Shown one piece after another: positions 26,570 through 38,131 of a DNA stretch of 64,000 nucleotides (positions are counted from its first letter, which is position 1; each line of letters begins with the position of its first letter). The notes below the pieces were generated by a model. The model was not told the origin of the DNA. It did no database searches and was given only the letters and a program-made list of their open reading frames with translations. Origin of the DNA: a gamma proteobacterium endosymbiont of Lamellibrachia anaximandri (GTDB taxonomy: Bacteria > Pseudomonadota > Gammaproteobacteria > Chromatiales > Chromatiaceae); the NCBI GenBank assembly GCA_016756855.1, contig JAESPD010000010.1, positions 20,468 through 84,467 of the forward strand, given 5' to 3'. The translations under genes were made by a program, and so were the position numbers.

Positions 26570-27373
26570 GTGACAGTTCGTTTAGAGCGAATCAAGGTGA
26601 TGATGAACGGAACCCAATCAGATAGTCCGGCGACCGAAAGCCGACTGCCTGGACATGTCGCAATCATCATGGATGGTAACGGCCGCTGGGCGCAACGCCG
26701 CGGTCTGCCCCGCTACGCGGGCCATCCCGTCGGCGTGGATGCGGTGCGCAATATTGTCGAATGTTGTGTGCAGAAAAAGATCCAGGTCCTTACCCTTTTT
26801 GCCTTCAGCAGCGAAAACTGGCGCCGGCCCAAGAAAGAGGTCGGCCTGATCATGGATCTTTTCATTCGCGCCCTGGGCAAAGAGGCGCGTCGCCTGCACC
26901 GAAATGGTGTTCGACTGAAGATTATTGGGGAGCGCGAGGCCTTTTCCGAAAAGCTGCAGCGCAGAATCCTTGAAGTCGAGGAGCTGACGGCTGAAAATCG
27001 TGGCCTGACCCTGCAGGTCGCTGCCAACTACGGTGGTCGCTGGGATATTACTCAAGCGGCCAAATCCCTGGCCAGGGCAGCGGCGGCAGGCAAACTCTCT
27101 CCCGAGGATATCGATGAAGCGTCGTTGGCCGGTGCGCTCTCTTTTCCCGATCTGCCGAATCCGGATCTTTTTATTCGTACCGGTGGGGAGCAGCGGTTAA
27201 GTAATTTCCTGCTCTGGCAGGCCGCCTATTCCGAACTCTACTTCACTGATCTGCTATGGCCCGATTTCGATACGGCGGCATTTGAAAACGCGCTCGCCGA
27301 TTTTGCGGGACGCCAGCGCCGTTTTGGTCGCACTGGTGAGCAGGTAGGGGATCACAAGGCTGAGGCCTCCTGA
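26570..27373 (+). CDS. uppS: Undecaprenyl diphosphate synthase
   Basis: HVAIIMDGNGRWA, LTLFAFSSENWRRP and RTGGEQRLSNFLLWQ motifs. The start could instead be ATG 26600 or 26603. Confidence 0.9.
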   Translation: MTVRLERIKVMMNGTQSDSPATESRLPGHVAIIMDGNGRWAQRRGLPRYAGHPVGVDAVRNIVECCVQKKIQVLTLFAFSSENWRRPKKEVGLIMDLFIRALGKEARRLHRNGVRLKIIGEREAFSEKLQRRILEVEELTAENRGLTLQVAANYGGRWDITQAAKSLARAAAAGKLSPEDIDEASLAGALSFPDLPNPDLFIRTGGEQRLSNFLLWQAAYSELYFTDLLWPDFDTAAFENALADFAGRQRRFGRTGEQVGDHKAEAS

Positions 27374-27380
27374 GTCGCTG

Positions 27381-28205
27381 ATGCTAAAACAGCGTGTTCT
27401 GACCGCACTGATTCTGGCTCCTCTGATTATTACCGGGGTTCTCTGGTCGCCTACACTCTACCTCGCACTGGCGTTGGCCCTGTTTTTGGCTATTTGCGGG
27501 TTTGAATGGGCGCGCCTCTCCGGCACAAACGGCCCTGTTGGCCAGTTTGGCTATATCCTGGTTTTGGGGCTCTTCATGGCTGCAGCAACGATGCTATTGG
27601 AGGCACCTACACTACTGCTCTGGCTGTTTGCGCTGGTGGTTTTCTGGTGGTCGGTTGTGTTGATACGGTTACGACACTTTCGCAGTGGCGCCGTTGCAGA
27701 GGGTTTTAGTCTGACCCAGAGCCTGGAAGGTATCATTGTTTTGGTGCCGGCGTGGCTGGCTTGGGTCACTCTCCATCAGGTGCCTGAACAGGGTCCGCAA
27801 TTGCTGTTGTTTCTGTTGATCCTGATCTGGGCTGCCGATATCGGCGCCTATTTTGCAGGTCGTCGCTTTGGTCGTACCAAACTTGCGCCCGAGGTCAGCC
27901 CGGGTAAGACCCGCGAAGGGGTCTACGGCGCCATCGCAGGCTCCCTGGTATGTGGCGTCTTCTTTATCTGGTGGCAGGGATTCTCCCCGGTGGAGTATCC
28001 GTTGGCGCTGTTGCTCTGCGTGTTAACCGTGATCTTCTCTGTGGTTGGGGATCTTTTCGAGAGCGTACTCAAACGTCTGCGTAACGTGAAGGATAGTGGC
28101 ACTCTGCTGCCTGGTCATGGGGGGATGCTGGATCGCCTCGACAGTCTGACTGCAGCCGCCCCTGTTTTTGTGCTGGGGTTGATGCTGATGGGGAAGATCG
28201 GATGA
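27381..28205 (+). CDS. cdsA: Phosphatidate cytidylyltransferase
   Basis: 274-aa polytopic protein with the C-terminal signature [28 protein letters not shown]. Confidence 0.9.
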   Translation: MLKQRVLTALILAPLIITGVLWSPTLYLALALALFLAICGFEWARLSGTNGPVGQFGYILVLGLFMAAATMLLEAPTLLLWLFALVVFWWSVVLIRLRHFRSGAVAEGFSLTQSLEGIIVLVPAWLAWVTLHQVPEQGPQLLLFLLILIWAADIGAYFAGRRFGRTKLAPEVSPGKTREGVYGAIAGSLVCGVFFIWWQGFSPVEYPLALLLCVLTVIFSVVGDLFESVLKRLRNVKDSGTLLPGHGGMLDRLDSLTAAAPVFVLGLMLMGKIG

Positions 28206-29368
28206 AGGGGCTTACCGTGCTGGGTTCAACCGGTTCTATTGGTATCAGCACCCTGGATGTGGTGGCCCGTCACCCTGAGCGCTACCGCGTGGTTGCATTG
28301 ACAGCTAACCGCGATGTGGAAGGGCTGCTCGCTCAGTGTCTCAGCTTCAAACCGCAGATCGCTGTGATGGCGGATGCAACATCAGCTGCGGAGTTGGCAA
28401 AGCGGTTGGCCGAAAATGGCAGTGACGTTGAGGTATTATCCGGTGTTGCCGGTCTTGAGCAGGTTGCTGCCATGCCGGAGGCCGATTATGTGATGGCGGC
28501 GATTGTCGGGGCTGCCGGTCTGTTGCCTGCCATGGCAGCAGTGCGTGCGGGCAAGCGGATCCTGCTGGCGAATAAAGAGGCGTTGGTGGTTTCCGGGCAC
28601 CTCTTCATGGAGGCTGCTGAGGCGCATGCGGCGGAGATTCTGCCCATAGACAGCGAACACAATGCGGTCTTTCAATGCATGCCGGCTGACTTTCAACGCG
28701 GATTGGAACAGGTTGGGGTACGCAAGATTCTGCTGACTGCATCTGGCGGCCCTTTTCGCACTACGCCGCTGGAAGGATTGAAGGCCGTTACCCCCGAGCA
28801 GGCCTGCGCCCATCCAAACTGGGATATGGGGCGCAAGATCTCCGTCGATTCCGCCACCATGATGAACAAGGGACTGGAGGTGATCGAGGCCTGCTGGCTG
28901 TTTCACACTTCACCGCAGCAGATTCAGGTGGTGTTGCATCCACAGAGCGTGATCCACTCGATGGTGGAGTACAATGACGGCTCGGTGCTGGCGCAGTTGG
29001 GTAATCCCGATATGCGCACGCCCATTGCTCACGCCCTTGCCTGGCCGGAGCGCATAGATTCCGGCGTGGACCGTCTGGATCTGTTTCAGATCGCCAGATT
29101 CGATTTTGAGGCCCCTGATATTGAACGCTTTTCCTGTTTACGACTTGCCTATGAGGCGATCGAGGCGGGTGGGACTGCTCCCGCGGTGCTGAATGCAGCA
29201 AATGAGGTGGCGGTACAGGCGTTTCTTGATAGTCGCCTCGGTTTTCTTGGTATTCCCACGTTGGTGGAAAAAACGCTGAATGCCCTGGAGGTCAATTCGG
29301 TCGACAGCCTGGAACTGTTGCTGGATTTCGATCGTCAGGCCCGTGCGTTTGCGGAACATGCGCTTTAG
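28202..29368 (+). CDS. dxr: 1-deoxy-D-xylulose 5-phosphate reductoisomerase
   Basis: [25 protein letters not shown] and [21 protein letters not shown] motifs. Confidence 0.95.
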   Translation: MKGLTVLGSTGSIGISTLDVVARHPERYRVVALTANRDVEGLLAQCLSFKPQIAVMADATSAAELAKRLAENGSDVEVLSGVAGLEQVAAMPEADYVMAAIVGAAGLLPAMAAVRAGKRILLANKEALVVSGHLFMEAAEAHAAEILPIDSEHNAVFQCMPADFQRGLEQVGVRKILLTASGGPFRTTPLEGLKAVTPEQACAHPNWDMGRKISVDSATMMNKGLEVIEACWLFHTSPQQIQVVLHPQSVIHSMVEYNDGSVLAQLGNPDMRTPIAHALAWPERIDSGVDRLDLFQIARFDFEAPDIERFSCLRLAYEAIEAGGTAPAVLNAANEVAVQAFLDSRLGFLGIPTLVEKTLNALEVNSVDSLELLLDFDRQARAFAEHAL

Positions 29369-29407
29369 TTCACTGTCTCACGTCGAATAGGCTACTGTTT
29401 TTCAAAT

Positions 29408-30772
29408 ATGGACTCCCTTCTTTTTACAATCGCGGCTTTCATCGTCGCCCTGGGTATTTTGATAACCGTACACGAGTTCGGCCACTTCTGGGTGGCCCGC
29501 AGGGTCGGTGTGAAGGTACTGCGTTTCTCCATCGGTTTTGGCAAACCGCTTTGGACGCGTGTCGGCAAGAATGACGGCACCGAATATGCCCTTGCCGCCA
29601 TCCCACTGGGCGGTTATGTGAAGATGCTGGACGAGCGGGAGGCGCCGGTCGATTCCGATGAACTGGATCGGGCCTTCAACCGACAGACGTTGGCTTCCAG
29701 AACGGCGATTGTACTGGCGGGTCCTCTGTTCAATCTGTTGTTTGCTGTCTGCGCCTTCTGGCTGATCTTCGTTACGGGGGATACCGGCATCAAGCCGCTG
29801 GCGGGAGAGGTCAAGGCTGAATCCATTGCAGAGCAGGCCGGGTTTCAGACTGGAGACCTCATACTCTCCGTCAATCAGGAGCCCACTCCGACATGGGAGA
29901 CAGCTGTCTACATGCTGTTGGCGGAGTCACTGAATGTCGGGCAGATCGCGGTAAGGGTAGAAGATGAGAGTGGCCGGGAGGCGGTTCGCTGGCTCGATGC
30001 CGGGCGGCTTCAGGAGATGTCTGAGGAGCCCCAGATTCTGCAGAATCTGGGAATTACGCCAAAACGCCCCGTGGTCGCGCCGATTATCGGCACACTGTTG
30101 CCGGGAGAAGCCGCAGACAGGGATGGGTTGAAAACCGGCGATCTGTTGCTTTCCGTTGATGGTCAATCCCTGGAGAGTTGGGTCGAGTGGGTGAAGTATG
30201 TGCGGGCGCGGCCCGAACAGCGTATGGCTCTCGAAGTCGAGCGTGCAGGGAGTCTGATCCGCCTTGAACTGACCCCGGCAGCGATTGAAAGTGAGGGTGA
30301 AAGCATCGGTCGAATTGGTGCCAGCGTGCATGTGCCGCCTCACCTGATGGATGACTACCAGACAGAGATTCGTTATGGCCCTCTGGAGGCAGTTGGCAAG
30401 TCTTTGTACAAGACTTGGGATCTCTCTCTGCTGATGCTGAAAATGCTTGGCAAGATGGTGATCGGCGAGGTCTCGGTCAAGAATCTCAGTGGGCCGATCT
30501 CCATCGCTGAGTATGCGGGTAAAACCGCCAGTTACGGTCTGGTCGATTTCCTTAAATTTCTCGCTGTGGTGAGTATCAGTCTCGGCGTGCTGAATCTGCT
30601 GCCGATCCCGGTTCTGGATGGTGGGCACCTCCTCTTTTTTCTGCTTGAGGCAATCAAAGGGGGACCATTATCGGAAACCTTTATGGAGCATGGACAGAAA
30701 ATCGGGATGATTCTGCTATTGGCAATGATGAGTCTTGCCTTCTATGTGGATCTCAGTCGTTTGCTGGGCTAG
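29408..30772 (+). CDS. rseP: RIP zinc metalloprotease RseP
   Basis: HEFGHF zinc motif in TM1, two PDZ-like central regions, C-terminal NLLPIPVLDGGH. Confidence 0.9.
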   Translation: MDSLLFTIAAFIVALGILITVHEFGHFWVARRVGVKVLRFSIGFGKPLWTRVGKNDGTEYALAAIPLGGYVKMLDEREAPVDSDELDRAFNRQTLASRTAIVLAGPLFNLLFAVCAFWLIFVTGDTGIKPLAGEVKAESIAEQAGFQTGDLILSVNQEPTPTWETAVYMLLAESLNVGQIAVRVEDESGREAVRWLDAGRLQEMSEEPQILQNLGITPKRPVVAPIIGTLLPGEAADRDGLKTGDLLLSVDGQSLESWVEWVKYVRARPEQRMALEVERAGSLIRLELTPAAIESEGESIGRIGASVHVPPHLMDDYQTEIRYGPLEAVGKSLYKTWDLSLLMLKMLGKMVIGEVSVKNLSGPISIAEYAGKTASYGLVDFLKFLAVVSISLGVLNLLPIPVLDGGHLLFFLLEAIKGGPLSETFMEHGQKIGMILLLAMMSLAFYVDLSRLLG

Positions 30773-30894
30773 AGGCAAAATATCACTTATACTACCCCGC
30801 TTATGTGGAGTCCGGTCTTCACTCCCGCTGATCCCTCGTGTTTGGGACAATCGCCACAGGCGGCAATGGTCGCAGGTATAAAAAATCTAATATT

Positions 30895-33195
30895 ATGTCG
30901 TTGCTGGGTGTCCTGAAAAGATTCCTTTCCGGTCTGGTCTTGTTGCTGATGACGGCCTCCGTTATGGGCGCTTCGTCGTTTGTCGTGGAAGATATACGGA
31001 TCGAAGGTTTGCAGCGTATCTCTGCGGGTACAGTGTTCAACTACCTGCCGGTAAGAGTGGGAGAGCAGATATCTTCGGGAGATACGGCGGGCATCATCCG
31101 GACGCTGTTCAAAACGGGCTTTTTTAAGGATGTACGCCTCGAACGGGAGGACGAAGTGCTGGTGGTGTTCGTGCGTGAACGGCCGGCAGTTGCAGAGATC
31201 AACCTGAGCGGCAACAAAGATCTGGACTCCGACAGGCTGAAGGCCGGCCTGAAGGATATTGGTCTGGCTGAAGGCCGGGTCTTCAAGCGCGCGCTGCTGG
31301 AACGTGTCGAGCAGGAGTTGAATCGCCAGTATTTCTCCCGTGGCAAGTATGGTGTCAGGATCGAATCCACGGTTACGCCGCTGGAACGCAATCGGGTGTC
31401 GGTGGATATCGAAATTTCAGAGGGCATCACCGCCCGCATCAAGAAGATAAATCTTATCGGCAATCAGGCTTTTGAAGATGATGAGCTGCTGGATGAGTTT
31501 GCTCTTGGCATCCCGAGCTGGTACGACTTTTTCTCCGATAGAGACAAATACTCGAAACAGGCGCTTTCGGGTGATCTGGAGAGACTGCGCTCCTACTATC
31601 TCGACAGGGGATTTATCGATTTCAAGATAGACTCCACCCAGGTTTCCATTACGCCGGACAAGAAGGATATCTATGTCACGGTCGTAGTCTCTGAAGGTGA
31701 GGTGTTCACCCTCAATGACATCAAGCTTGCGGGGGAGTTGATCGTACCTTTGGAAGAGCTTTTTCCGCTGATTCACCTCAGGCGGGGTGAGGTCTTCTCC
31801 CGTAAAAAGACCACCGCCAGCGCGGAGCGAGTCAACAGCCTTCTGTCGGATGCCGGTTATGCATTCGCCAACGTCAACAGCATTCCCGATATCGATCGTG
31901 AAAACCGCCAAGTGGCGATCACCTATTTTGTCGACCCGGGTAAACGGGTCTATGTACGCCATATCGACATGAGCGGTAACGCAGCGACGCGGGATGAGGT
32001 GCTTCGTAGGGAGCTGCGGCAGATGGAATCAGCCTGGTTTTCGGGAGAGAAGGTGCGATTGTCCCGTGAGCGCCTGCAGCGCCTGGGTTATTTCGAAGAG
32101 GTGAATGTCGAGACCCCCGCTGTTCCTGGGCGGACTGATCAGGTGGATGTTGACTTCAAGGTGAAGGAGAAGGCTTCCGGTAATCTGTCGGCGGGTATCG
32201 GCTTCTCTCAGACCCAGGGCCTGATGTTCAATGCAAGCATCACCCAAGACAATTTTCTCGGTACCGGTAAGCGGGTCAGTACCGGTTTCGACACCAGTAA
32301 GGCAAATAAGAAGTTCAATATTTCCTATAACAACCCCTACTATACTATTAACGGCATTAGTCGCGGGTTTGAGTTTTCCTACCGCGCCACTGATTTTGGT
32401 GAACTCAATATTTCCAGTTATGCGACGGATGTCAGTCGAGTAGGGGTCAACTTCGGCCTGCCCATCACGGAATACGACAGGCTGCGTTTCAGTCTCGCCT
32501 TTGAGGATACCATGTTCGTGTTGGGTGACTCTCCATCAGATGAGGTGCTGAAATTCGAAGAAGTGAACGGCGACCACTTTCGGGATCTGGAGACGCTCGT
32601 CAGCTGGACCCGTGATACCCGGGATCGTGCCATCTTTCCCACTGTTGGGGGTAAGCAGGTGGCCGCGCTGGAGGTGACCGTGCCTGGCAGTGATCTGCAG
32701 TATTATCGCCTCCACTACAAGCACACGCGCTATTTTCCTTTGACAAAAGCCCTTACGCTCAGGTTCAACGGTGAACTGGGTTACGGAGACAGCTACTCAG
32801 ATACCCCGGTACTGCCGTTTTACCGTAACTTTTTTGCAGGTGGCATTGGCACAGTACGCGGCTTTGAGGAAAATACCCTGGGTCCGAAGGACTCTTTTGG
32901 TGATGCGTTGGGAGCAAATTCGAAATTGACGGGTCAAATAGAGTTGCTGGCTCCTCCTCCTGTCGACTCATTTAAAAGCACGATGCGCTGGGGTGCGTTT
33001 CTGGATGTCGGTAATGTTTTTGATGTAAAGTTTGGCAGTGGTTTCGAGTTAGATGAGGTACGTTACTCTACTGGTCTCATGCTCTCCTGGTTATCACCGG
33101 TGGGAGCCTTGGCTTTTAGTCTGGGGTATCCTTTGAACGATAAAGTCGGTGATTCTGTGGAGACGCTGCAGTTTAGCTTCGGAACCACATATTGA
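30895..33195 (+). CDS. bamA: Outer membrane protein assembly factor BamA
   Basis: Start moved to ATG 30895 ([10 protein letters not shown]..., a signal peptide). POTRA repeats starting [16 protein letters not shown]-terminal beta-barrel ending ...QFSFGTTY. Confidence 0.95.
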   Translation: MSLLGVLKRFLSGLVLLLMTASVMGASSFVVEDIRIEGLQRISAGTVFNYLPVRVGEQISSGDTAGIIRTLFKTGFFKDVRLEREDEVLVVFVRERPAVAEINLSGNKDLDSDRLKAGLKDIGLAEGRVFKRALLERVEQELNRQYFSRGKYGVRIESTVTPLERNRVSVDIEISEGITARIKKINLIGNQAFEDDELLDEFALGIPSWYDFFSDRDKYSKQALSGDLERLRSYYLDRGFIDFKIDSTQVSITPDKKDIYVTVVVSEGEVFTLNDIKLAGELIVPLEELFPLIHLRRGEVFSRKKTTASAERVNSLLSDAGYAFANVNSIPDIDRENRQVAITYFVDPGKRVYVRHIDMSGNAATRDEVLRRELRQMESAWFSGEKVRLSRERLQRLGYFEEVNVETPAVPGRTDQVDVDFKVKEKASGNLSAGIGFSQTQGLMFNASITQDNFLGTGKRVSTGFDTSKANKKFNISYNNPYYTINGISRGFEFSYRATDFGELNISSYATDVSRVGVNFGLPITEYDRLRFSLAFEDTMFVLGDSPSDEVLKFEEVNGDHFRDLETLVSWTRDTRDRAIFPTVGGKQVAALEVTVPGSDLQYYRLHYKHTRYFPLTKALTLRFNGELGYGDSYSDTPVLPFYRNFFAGGIGTVRGFEENTLGPKDSFGDALGANSKLTGQIELLAPPPVDSFKSTMRWGAFLDVGNVFDVKFGSGFELDEVRYSTGLMLSWLSPVGALAFSLGYPLNDKVGDSVETLQFSFGTTY

Positions 33196-33213
33196 TTAAG
33201 TGGGGGTGATTTT

Positions 33214-33729
33214 GTGAAAAGATTGGGTAAGATTGGTGGTTTTCTGCTGTTGCTGACTTTTTTTGCGGGCAATGCTCTGGCGGAGAGTTATAGCATTGCC
33301 TTTGTCAACGCAACCAAGGTTTTCGAGGAGTCGCTGCAGTACAAAGAGGCCCGTAAACGTCTGCAGGCAGAGTTTTCCCGTCGTGAGAAAGATCTGCTCT
33401 CCAGTAAAAAGCAGCTGAAGCAGCTCGAAGACAAGCTGCAACGTGATGGTGCTGTGATGAGTGAGTCAGAAGTGAAGCGCCTGGAGCGCGATATCCTCTC
33501 CCGTCGCCGTAAGCTCAAGAACGCGCAGACTGAATTTCGCGAGGATCTCAACCTGAGACAGAATGAAGAATTCAAGAAACTGCGGCAACGGGTACGGGAA
33601 GTGATTCAGCAGGTCGGTAAAGAGGAGAAGATCGACCTGATCCTTTCCGATGGTGTGGTCTATTTCAGTGAGAAGATCGATATTTCCGACAAAGTCCTGG
33701 AGAAGTTGGGACAGATCCAAGCGAAGTAG
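33214..33729 (+). CDS. skp: Periplasmic chaperone Skp (OmpH)
   Basis: 171 aa with a signal peptide and a Lys/Glu/Arg-rich coiled-coil body. Located between bamA and lpxD. Confidence 0.85.
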   Translation: MKRLGKIGGFLLLLTFFAGNALAESYSIAFVNATKVFEESLQYKEARKRLQAEFSRREKDLLSSKKQLKQLEDKLQRDGAVMSESEVKRLERDILSRRRKLKNAQTEFREDLNLRQNEEFKKLRQRVREVIQQVGKEEKIDLILSDGVVYFSEKIDISDKVLEKLGQIQAK

Positions 33730-33740
33730 GAGTCTGGGTA

Positions 33741-34778
33741 TTGGCGGTTCGACTGGGAGTCTTGGCGGAGATTGCAGGGGCTGAACTGCGTGGCGATCCG
33801 CAGATTCTGATCTCAAAGGTTGCGACTCTGCAACAGGCCGGGCCCGATGCGGTCAGTTTTCTGGCGAACACGAAATATCGGAGTCATCTGAAAAAGACGG
33901 CTGCAGCTGCGGTGATACTGAGACCGGAGGATGCCGAATACTGCAGCACCGCTCTATTACTGAGTGACAACCCTTACCTCGCTTATGCGAGGGTCTCCCG
34001 TCAACTCAATCCTGTCCCTGCCTTTGAGCCGGGCTGCCACGTTTCTGCAGTAGTGGATACCTTAGCCAGTATCGACCCGTCAGCCTTTGTCGGCCCCTGC
34101 GCAGTCGTGGGTGCAGGCAGCCGTATCGGGGCAGGTGTATATATCGGACCTGGGTGTATCATTGAGCATGATTGTGTAGTTGCTGATGAATCACGCCTCG
34201 TAGCCAATGTGACGCTCTGCCATGGGACTCATCTGGGAGAGCGCTGCCTGATCCATCCGGGTGCCGTTCTTGGGAGTGATGGTTTCGGTCTGGCAAACGA
34301 CGATGGTCGATGGGAGAAAGTGCCCCAGACAGGCAGGGTCCGTCTTGGGAACGATGTGGAAGTGGGTGCCAACACCACCATCGACAGGGGTGCACTGGAG
34401 GATACGGTGCTGGAAGACGGGGTTAAGCTGGACAACCTGATCCAGATTGCCCACAACGTTATTGTCGGCGCCAATACCGCCATGGCGAGCGGAGTGGCGG
34501 TAGCGGGTTCGACCCATATTGGCCGCAACTGCACCCTGGGGGGTATGGTAGGACTCGTCGGCCACCTGGATATCGGCGATAATGTACACTTTTCGGGAGC
34601 GAGCATGGTTACCCGTTCCTTTTCTGAGCCGGGGTACTACAGTGGCAATCTGCCCGCCATGGACAACAAGCAGTGGCGTAAGGCCGTGGCGCGTATCCGC
34701 CAACTGGATGAGATGGCGAAGCGTCTACTGCGCCTGGAAAAAAAGGTGGAAACAGTTTCCACAGACCAGGATGGATAA
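33741..34778 (+). CDS. lpxD: UDP-3-O-acylglucosamine N-acyltransferase
   Basis: 345 aa with left-handed beta-helix hexapeptide repeats. The N-terminus resembles E. coli LpxD. TTG start. Confidence 0.95.
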   Translation: MAVRLGVLAEIAGAELRGDPQILISKVATLQQAGPDAVSFLANTKYRSHLKKTAAAAVILRPEDAEYCSTALLLSDNPYLAYARVSRQLNPVPAFEPGCHVSAVVDTLASIDPSAFVGPCAVVGAGSRIGAGVYIGPGCIIEHDCVVADESRLVANVTLCHGTHLGERCLIHPGAVLGSDGFGLANDDGRWEKVPQTGRVRLGNDVEVGANTTIDRGALEDTVLEDGVKLDNLIQIAHNVIVGANTAMASGVAVAGSTHIGRNCTLGGMVGLVGHLDIGDNVHFSGASMVTRSFSEPGYYSGNLPAMDNKQWRKAVARIRQLDEMAKRLLRLEKKVETVSTDQDG

Positions 34779-34802
34779 CGCATTGATCAAGGGGAGAGAA
34801 CG

Positions 34803-35255
34803 TTGGTTGTGATGGACATCGAGAAGGTGCTGAGCCTGTTACCACACCGCTATCCGTTTCTATTGATAGACCGGGTATTGGAGTTCGAGAAGGACAAACG
34901 TCTGTTGGCATTGAAAAATGTGACCTACAACGAACCCTTCTTCAACGGACATTTTCCGATTAAACCGGTGATGCCAGGGGTTTTGATCGTCGAGGCGATG
35001 GCTCAGGCAACCGGCCTGCTGGCCCGTGAGTCCCATCCTGAGACCGCTAACGAAAATACCATTTATCTGTTTGTCGGGATCAACAAGGCGCGTTTCAAAC
35101 GCCCGGTGGTGCCCGGTGATCAGCTTGAGCTGGAAGTGACTCAGACTGCGATGAGGCGTGGTATGGGCATCTTCTCAGGCGTTGCCAGAGTGGATGGCAA
35201 GGTGGCGGCTACTGCAGAGGTCATTTGTACCGCAAGAGACGCCACTGAGGCATGA
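34803..35255 (+). CDS. fabZ: 3-hydroxyacyl-ACP dehydratase FabZ
   Basis: [13 protein letters not shown] and FFNGHFP...[14 protein letters not shown] motifs. GGGGAG lies 6 nt before TTG 34803; ATG 34812 is an alternative start. Confidence 0.95.
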   Translation: MVVMDIEKVLSLLPHRYPFLLIDRVLEFEKDKRLLALKNVTYNEPFFNGHFPIKPVMPGVLIVEAMAQATGLLARESHPETANENTIYLFVGINKARFKRPVVPGDQLELEVTQTAMRRGMGIFSGVARVDGKVAATAEVICTARDATEA

Positions 35256-36028
35256 GTCAAATCGATCAACGGGCGGTGATCGATCCCTCTGCGGAATTGG
35301 GCGAAGGGGTCTCTATCGGTCCGTTCTCGGTGATCGGGGCCGATGTGAAGATCGGCCGTGGCACCACCATCGGTCCTCATGTCGTTATCAACGGAACGAC
35401 CAGGATCGGCGAAGACAATCGTATCTTTCAGTTTGCCTCGGTCGGCGAGGATCCACAGGATAAAAAGTATGGCGGCGAGCCGACTTGGTTGGAGATCGGC
35501 GACCGTAACGTCATTCGTGAGTTCGTCACCATCAATCGGGGAACGCAACAGGATGCGGGAACAACCCGTATCGGCAGTGATAACCTATTCATGGCCTATA
35601 CCCATGTGGCTCACGACTGCCAGATCGGTAACGATGTCATCATGGCCAACGCCGCTTCTATTGGTGGCCATGTGCATATCAGCGATCACACGATTCTCGG
35701 CGGATTTACCATTGTTCATCAATTTTGCCGCATCGGCGCCTATAGCTTTTGCGCCATGGGTTCGGTGATCTCCAAGGATCTACCACCCTACGTGATGGTA
35801 TCAGGGCATCCGGCAAAACCTTACGGTATCAACACCGAGGGGCTGCGGCGCCGGCAATACAGCGAGCAGGCTATTCGCCAGATCAAGCGCGCCTACAAGC
35901 TGCTCTACAAGTCCCAGTTGCGCTTGGATGAGGCGATCGAATCGATTCGTGAGATGGCGGGCGAGGCGCCTGAAGTCGGCATTATGGTGGATTTCATTGC
36001 GCAGGGCGGACGCAGCATCCTCCGCTAA
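35252..36028 (+). CDS. lpxA: Acyl-ACP--UDP-GlcNAc O-acyltransferase
   Basis: 258 aa with hexapeptide repeats and a conserved C-terminal helical region (NTEGLRRR). Confidence 0.95.
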   Translation: MSQIDQRAVIDPSAELGEGVSIGPFSVIGADVKIGRGTTIGPHVVINGTTRIGEDNRIFQFASVGEDPQDKKYGGEPTWLEIGDRNVIREFVTINRGTQQDAGTTRIGSDNLFMAYTHVAHDCQIGNDVIMANAASIGGHVHISDHTILGGFTIVHQFCRIGAYSFCAMGSVISKDLPPYVMVSGHPAKPYGINTEGLRRRQYSEQAIRQIKRAYKLLYKSQLRLDEAIESIREMAGEAPEVGIMVDFIAQGGRSILR

Positions 36029-37167
36029 TGAATCGAATTGGTATAGTCGCCAATGAAGTCTCCGGTGATCAACTCGCCGCCTCCCTGATCCATGCACTGA
36101 AGGCGAAACGGCCTGAATTACGTTTTGAGGGCATGACCGGTCCCGCAATGGAGGCCGAAGGCTGCAAGAGTCTGGCACGCATGGATCCGGTGATGGGGCT
36201 GGTGGAGGTGCTGAAGCACCTGCCGGGGCTGCTCGCTCTGCGGCGCAGGCTTTTCCGCCATTTTCAGACCGACCCTCCGGATCTCTTTCTTGGTGTGGAC
36301 GCGCCGGATTTCAATCTGGCGCTGGAAACCCGGCTCAAAGCCGAGGGTATCCGGACTGCCCACTTTGTCAGTCCGACCGTCTGGGCCTGGCGTCAGAAGC
36401 GTGTAACAAAACTGCGCCGGGCAGTGGATCTGATGTTATGCATTTTTCCTTTTGAAGTGGATTTTCTCCAGCGAAACAGTGTAACTGCCAACTATGTGGG
36501 GCACCCTTTGGCGGATGAGATTCCCCTCGAGTCTGTAGTGCCGGAAGGCGTTAGGTCCGAGCTGGGGCTTGATCCCGACCGACCCGTTATTGCGATTTTG
36601 CCCGGCAGCCGCATGAGCGAACTCGGCATGCTGTCAGCACCTTTTTTACAGACTGCGAACTGGTGTTTGCAGCGGCATCCTGAGCTGCAATTCGTTGCTC
36701 CGATGGTGAACGCGAAGATTCGGACGGCTTTTGCCGAGCAGATCGGTGAGGTTGCACCGGATCTACCCATCGTCCTGCTCGATGGCGAGGTGCGCAAGGC
36801 GATCCAGGCGGCTGACGTTGTGCTGACTGCCTCGGGCACTGCGACGCTGGAAACACTTCTATTGAAACGCCCAATGGTCGTAGGTTACCGGTTGGCAGCC
36901 CTGACCTACTGGCTGGTAAAGACCTTCGATCTCGTGAAGATTCCCCACATGGCGATGGCCAATCTGATTGCTGAAGAGCGCCTCGCACCGGAATTTCTGC
37001 AGGATGAGGTCAGGCCGGAAGTGCTTGGGCAGGCGCTGCTTGATTTTCTTGAATCACCGGCCAGGCGGGCTGACGTCGTCGCCAGATATCGGCAGTTGCA
37101 CGAAGGGTTGCGTTGTGATGCTGCAAACCGTGCTGCGGATGCTGTGTTGGCGCTTATCGATCAATAA
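36028..37167 (+). CDS. lpxB: Lipid-A-disaccharide synthase
   Basis: 379 aa with GEVSGD-type N-terminus, DAPDFNL, HFVSPTVWAWR and ASGTATLE motifs. Confidence 0.95.
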   Translation: MNRIGIVANEVSGDQLAASLIHALKAKRPELRFEGMTGPAMEAEGCKSLARMDPVMGLVEVLKHLPGLLALRRRLFRHFQTDPPDLFLGVDAPDFNLALETRLKAEGIRTAHFVSPTVWAWRQKRVTKLRRAVDLMLCIFPFEVDFLQRNSVTANYVGHPLADEIPLESVVPEGVRSELGLDPDRPVIAILPGSRMSELGMLSAPFLQTANWCLQRHPELQFVAPMVNAKIRTAFAEQIGEVAPDLPIVLLDGEVRKAIQAADVVLTASGTATLETLLLKRPMVVGYRLAALTYWLVKTFDLVKIPHMAMANLIAEERLAPEFLQDEVRPEVLGQALLDFLESPARRADVVARYRQLHEGLRCDAANRAADAVLALIDQ

Positions 37168-37182
37168 TCAAGGAGTTCTGAG

Positions 37183-37755
37183 ATGGACTTTTTCATTGCC
37201 GGTGTGGATGAGGTGGGACGCGGGCCATTGGCGGGCCCCGTGGTGGCTGCTGCGGTGATTCTTAATCCGGCAAACCCGATAGAGGGCTTGGCAGATTCCA
37301 AAAAACTCAGTGAAAAACGCCGTGAAACTCTCTCCGGTTTGATTCGCGAACGTTCCCTGGCGTGGGCGCTCGGGCGTGCTGAGGTCGAGGAGATCGACGA
37401 TATCAATATTCTTCAGGCCAGTCTGCTGGCTATGAAGCGGGCGGTTGAATCGTTACATATGTCACCGCACAAGGCGCTGGTGGATGGTAGGCATGTCCCA
37501 AACCTGGCCTGTGAGGTGGAGGCGATCATCGGCGGCGACAGCAGTGTCAAAGCGATCGGCGCGGCTTCCATCCTTGCCAAGGTTGCCCGTGATCGGGAGA
37601 TGGTGGAGATGGATCTGCGCTATCCCGGTTATGGTCTTGCGAGACATAAAGGCTACCCCACAAAGGTGCATCTGGAGGCGCTCAGGGAATTGGGTGTCAC
37701 GCCGATCCACCGTCGTTCATTCGGGCCGGTCAGACGTCTCTTGGAGGATTACTAA
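37183..37755 (+). CDS. rnhB: Ribonuclease HII
   Basis: [20 protein letters not shown] and DSKKLS motifs. AAGGAG precedes the ATG. Confidence 0.95.
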   Translation: MDFFIAGVDEVGRGPLAGPVVAAAVILNPANPIEGLADSKKLSEKRRETLSGLIRERSLAWALGRAEVEEIDDINILQASLLAMKRAVESLHMSPHKALVDGRHVPNLACEVEAIIGGDSSVKAIGAASILAKVARDREMVEMDLRYPGYGLARHKGYPTKVHLEALRELGVTPIHRRSFGPVRRLLEDY

Positions 37756-37765
37756 GGAGAACGTT

Positions 37766-37918
37766 GGATAGGCGACATCCCCAAATGAGGGACGCCGAAT
37801 ATACGTCCCTGTAGGCTTGACGGCGGCGTCTCGGCAACTGCTCCTGCGTTGCTCTACCTTCCCACATCCATGTGGGTCGCATGCCGCCGACACCCTCATT
37901 TGTGTATGTCGCCTATCC
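37766..37918. repeat. 153-bp MITE-like element with imperfect terminal inverted repeats (GGATAGGCGACAT...)
   Basis: The left end 37766-37791 matches the reverse complement of the right end at 24 of 26 positions. The core (37831-37880) recurs at 39671-39718 and, inverted, at 49724-49774. Confidence 0.6.
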
Positions 37919-38131
37919 TATGAACTATTTAATAAGGAGTCTCTGATCGAATCAGAGGCCCCTTACGAACAGCGCATATGTTCTGGAAATTAGTGGGGTT
38001 TTGGGTGGATAATGGCGCTAACTGGTGATGATACACCGGATTGGGCAGAGCCATCTTGGAAAGTGACACCCAAAGAATGAGCGTCATCCGGCGCGAAAAT
38101 AGATCAGAGGATAATAGTCAGGAGTTATTTT

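Noticed and set aside
37717-37899. 60-aa minus-strand ORF, and the small ORFs at 39656..39841 and 18129..18428
   Set aside because: They lie within or across intergenic repeat elements. Their 'proteins' are just translations of the repeats.
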